From contig JAJYVU010000072.1 of NCBI GenBank assembly GCA_021791875.1, forward strand, positions 1-17,544: a stretch of DNA of 17,544 bases, given 5' to 3'. The translations under genes were made by a program, and so were the position numbers. Source of the stretch: Acidobacteriota bacterium. GTDB taxonomy: Bacteria > Acidobacteriota > Terriglobia > Terriglobales > Acidobacteriaceae. The notes below the pieces were generated by a model that made no database searches, had not been told where the DNA came from, and was given only the letters and a program-made list of their open reading frames with translations. Below, piece after piece: positions 15,359-17,544 of this stretch (the first letter of the stretch is position 1; every line of letters begins with the position of its first letter).

Positions 15359-16048
15359 ATGGCACTACTGGAAAGAGTAGGAACGCTGCTCCGGGCCAAC
15401 CTCAACGATCTCATCGCGAAAGCCGAGGACCCCGAGAAAATGCTCAAGCAACTTGTCCTCGATATGGAAAACCAGCTCCTCCAGGTCAAGACACAGGTCG
15501 CCATCGCCATTGCCGACGAACACCTGCTTGCCAAAAAAATGCACGAACACGAGGAGAAAGCTGTGGACTGGAAACATAAGGCTGAACTCGCCGTCCGCAA
15601 GCAGAATGACGACCTGGCCCGCGCCGTGCTCGAGCGTTCCCTCAGCAACCAGCAGATGGCCGCCGGCTTCCTCCAGCAGCTTGAGGATCAGCGCGCCGAG
15701 GCAGAAGCCCTCAAGCAGGCTCTGCGCAAGCTCGATCAAAAACTGGCTGAAACGCGCTCGCGCTGCGAAATGCTGATCTCCGAGCACCGTCGCGTCCGCG
15801 CCGTCGGCAAGGCCCACAAGGCCCGCACCGCCGTCACTCCGCAGGACAGCGAAGCCATCATCGCGCGCATGAAAAACCGCATCGCCGAGGTGGACGCCGG
15901 CAACGCCGCCCAATATGAGCTCATGGGCGGCGACTCCTTGGAAGACAGCTTTGCGGCCCTCGAACGCGAAGACCAGATCGAAGCTCTCCTCCTCGAACTC
16001 AAGGAGCGCCACCTGCTCACCAACGGCGACGAACCAAAATCCGCCTGA
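15359..16048 (+). CDS. pspA: PspA/IM30 family protein (phage-shock protein A / Vipp1-like)
   Basis: MALLERVGTLLRANLNDLIAKAEDPEKMLKQLVLDMENQL matches the PspA N-terminal pattern (M.IF.R....V.AN.N.LLDKAEDPEK....I.EME). About 230 aa of coiled coil. AAAGGAG RBS 7 nt upstream. The track ORF's earlier Met (15323) lacks an RBS. Confidence 0.85.
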   Translation: MALLERVGTLLRANLNDLIAKAEDPEKMLKQLVLDMENQLLQVKTQVAIAIADEHLLAKKMHEHEEKAVDWKHKAELAVRKQNDDLARAVLERSLSNQQMAAGFLQQLEDQRAEAEALKQALRKLDQKLAETRSRCEMLISEHRRVRAVGKAHKARTAVTPQDSEAIIARMKNRIAEVDAGNAAQYELMGGDSLEDSFAALEREDQIEALLLELKERHLLTNGDEPKSA

Positions 16049-16068
16049 ACCCCGCACAATCGCGATGC

Positions 16069-16109
16069 CCCACACTATCTCCTCGCGTTTTTCGAGGAGA
16101 TAGTGCGGG
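16069..16109 (+). terminator. Strong GC-rich hairpin downstream of pspA (13-bp perfect stem plus 3 more base pairs, 7-nt loop cgttttt), without a 3' U-tract
   Basis: cacactatctcctcg (16071-16085) pairs with cgaggagatagtg (16093-16105) and extends to ccc/ggg. Sits 21 nt after the pspA stop. Confidence 0.35.
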
Positions 16110-16199
16110 CAAAACGGCACCAGCGCCGAACGGTGGAAGCACTGGGCTTTGGAACTGCGAACAACGTACACTCGTTGTTTCAGGAGGAAGCCCGCTCGC

Positions 16200-17544
16200 A
16201 TGCACCGCATTTCCGACTTTCAGCTCGTTCCCGCCGCCCGCCGCGCCATGATCGAACATGGCTTTGAGCCCGACTATCCCAAAGCCGCCCTCGAAGAACT
16301 CCAGCACGAACTCACGTCTCCCCCCGCCGAGCCAACACTGCCCAACACCCAGGACCTCCGCCATCTCCTCTGGTCCTCCATCGATAACGACACCTCACGC
16401 GACCTCGACCAGATCGAGCACGCCGAGGCCCTCCCCGACGGCCGCGTCCGCATCCGCGTCGGCATCGCCGACGTCAGCCACCTCGTACCCATCGGTTCCG
16501 CCCTCGACGACCACGCCCAGCGCAACACCACTTCCATCTATACCGGCGTCGCCACCTTCATGATGCTGCCCGAGCAGCTCTCCGCCGGCGTCACCTCGCT
16601 GTTGCCCGATCAGGACCGCGCCGCGCTCGTCATCGAATTCACCGTCGATCAGAACGAGTGCCTCAGCCAGGCGCAGGTCTACCCCGCTCTCGTCCGAAAT
16701 CACGCGCAGCTCACCTACAACGCCGTCGGCCCGTGGCTCGAAGGCAAACCTTCCGCCGATGGCAAACTCGCCGACCCATCCCTCCAGACCCAGCTCCGCC
16801 TCCAGCATCAAATCGCCGAGCGCCTCCGCCGCGAGCGCGCCCGCCACGGCGCCCTCACCCTCGACATGGAAGAGAGCATGCCCGTCATCACCGACGATCA
16901 AATCGTCGACCTCCGCCCCGAGAAAAAGAACCCCGCCCACGCCCTCATCGAGGACTTCATGATCGCCGCCAATGGCGTCGTCGCACGCTTCCTTTCCGCG
17001 CACAAGTTCTCCTCCATCCGCCGTGTCGTCCGCACTCCCAAACGCTGGGACCGCATCGTCCAGCTCGCCGCATCCCTCGGCGCCGACCTTCCCGGAACGC
17101 CCGACGCCAAGGCCCTCAACGAATTCCTCACCAGCCAGCGCGCCAAAGATCCCGTTCACTTCCCCGACCTCTCGCTCGCCACCGTCAAGCTCATGGGTCC
17201 CGGCGAATATGTCGCCGAACAACCCAACGATCCCCCCATCGGCCACTTCGGTCTCGCCGTCGAGGACTACACCCACTCCACCGCCCCCAATCGCCGCTAC
17301 CCCGACCTCGTCACCCAGCGCCTCATTAAGGCCGCGCTGCAAAACCAGCCCTCGCCTTACAGCGACGACACTCTCAGCGCCATCGCCATCCACTGCACGG
17401 AAATGGGCGACCACGAACGCCGCCTCGAACGCGAAATGCACAAGAAGATCGCCGCCGTCGTCATGTCCCATCGCGTCGGCCAGACCTTCAATGCCGTCGT
17501 CACCGGAATCAATAACTATGGAACCTTCGTCCGCACCCTCGCCC
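16200..17544 (+). CDS. RNB-domain 3'-5' exoribonuclease (RNase II/R family), 3'-partial and running off the window; not present in the supplied ORF track
   Basis: I translated the frame from ATG 16200 by hand and it is open to the window end. It gives MHRISDFQLVP...LDQIEHAEALPDGRVRIRVGIADVS...TSIYTGVATFMMLPEQLS...HFGLAVEDYTHSTAPNRRYPDLVTQR (RNB catalytic motifs). It ends in an S1-like segment (VVTGINNYGTFVRTLA). AGGAGGAAG RBS about 10 nt upstream. The overlapping track ORFs 16258..16563(+) and 16395..17471(-) are low-complexity shadows. Confidence 0.8.
   Translation, partial: MHRISDFQLVPAARRAMIEHGFEPDYPKAALEELQHELTSPPAEPTLPNTQDLRHLLWSSIDNDTSRDLDQIEHAEALPDGRVRIRVGIADVSHLVPIGSALDDHAQRNTTSIYTGVATFMMLPEQLSAGVTSLLPDQDRAALVIEFTVDQNECLSQAQVYPALVRNHAQLTYNAVGPWLEGKPSADGKLADPSLQTQLRLQHQIAERLRRERARHGALTLDMEESMPVITDDQIVDLRPEKKNPAHALIEDFMIAANGVVARFLSAHKFSSIRRVVRTPKRWDRIVQLAASLGADLPGTPDAKALNEFLTSQRAKDPVHFPDLSLATVKLMGPGEYVAEQPNDPPIGHFGLAVEDYTHSTAPNRRYPDLVTQRLIKAALQNQPSPYSDDTLSAIAIHCTEMGDHERRLEREMHKKIAAVVMSHRVGQTFNAVVTGINNYGTFVRTLA

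Noticed and set aside
16395-17471. 358-aa minus-strand ORF and 101-aa + ORF 16258..16563 in the last kilobase
   Set aside because: Both are low-complexity frames overlapping the true RNB ribonuclease frame (16200->end), which has clear catalytic motifs.
1-17544. CRISPR arrays, tRNA/rRNA genes, integrases/transposases, toxin-antitoxin pairs
   Set aside because: Scanned by eye for short regular direct repeats, cloverleaf-like GC-rich ~75-nt segments and transposase/integrase-like ORFs. None found apart from the MITE-like element reported above.

Overview
High-GC (about 60%) bacterial chromosomal segment. The gene content and style suggest Acidobacteriota/Terriglobia, but that is a guess I cannot verify. 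Thirteen protein-coding genes are supported; I see no rRNA, tRNA or CRISPR. On the + strand, in order: the 3' part of a TonB-dependent outer-membrane receptor, an FHA-GAF-PP2C(SpoIIE) serine phosphatase, and a LuxR/NarL-type regulator whose receiver domain appears to lack the phospho-acceptor Asp. Further along the + strand is an XRE-regulator / NfeD / flotillin(SPFH) / PspA membrane-stress cluster headed by a perfect 19-bp inverted-repeat operator, then the 5' part of an RNB-domain exoribonuclease that the ORF track omitted because it runs off the window. On the - strand is pruA (P5C dehydrogenase). Also on the - strand is a co-directional cluster: a receiver-domain protein fused to a thioredoxin-reductase-like flavoprotein domain that lacks the CxxC redox pair, a cyclic-nucleotide-binding histidine kinase, a canonical motA-motB stator pair with a 4-nt overlap, and an FAD-dependent oxidoreductase. 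That cluster looks like a two-component rewiring of the known one-component 'cNMP-regulated pyridine nucleotide-disulfide oxidoreductase' architecture and is my best candidate for an unusual system. A 112-bp MITE-like element (14-bp perfect terminal inverted repeats with flanking CTAA direct repeats) sits between two convergent genes. Most long reverse-strand ORFs in the track are GC-rich shadow ORFs and were rejected.
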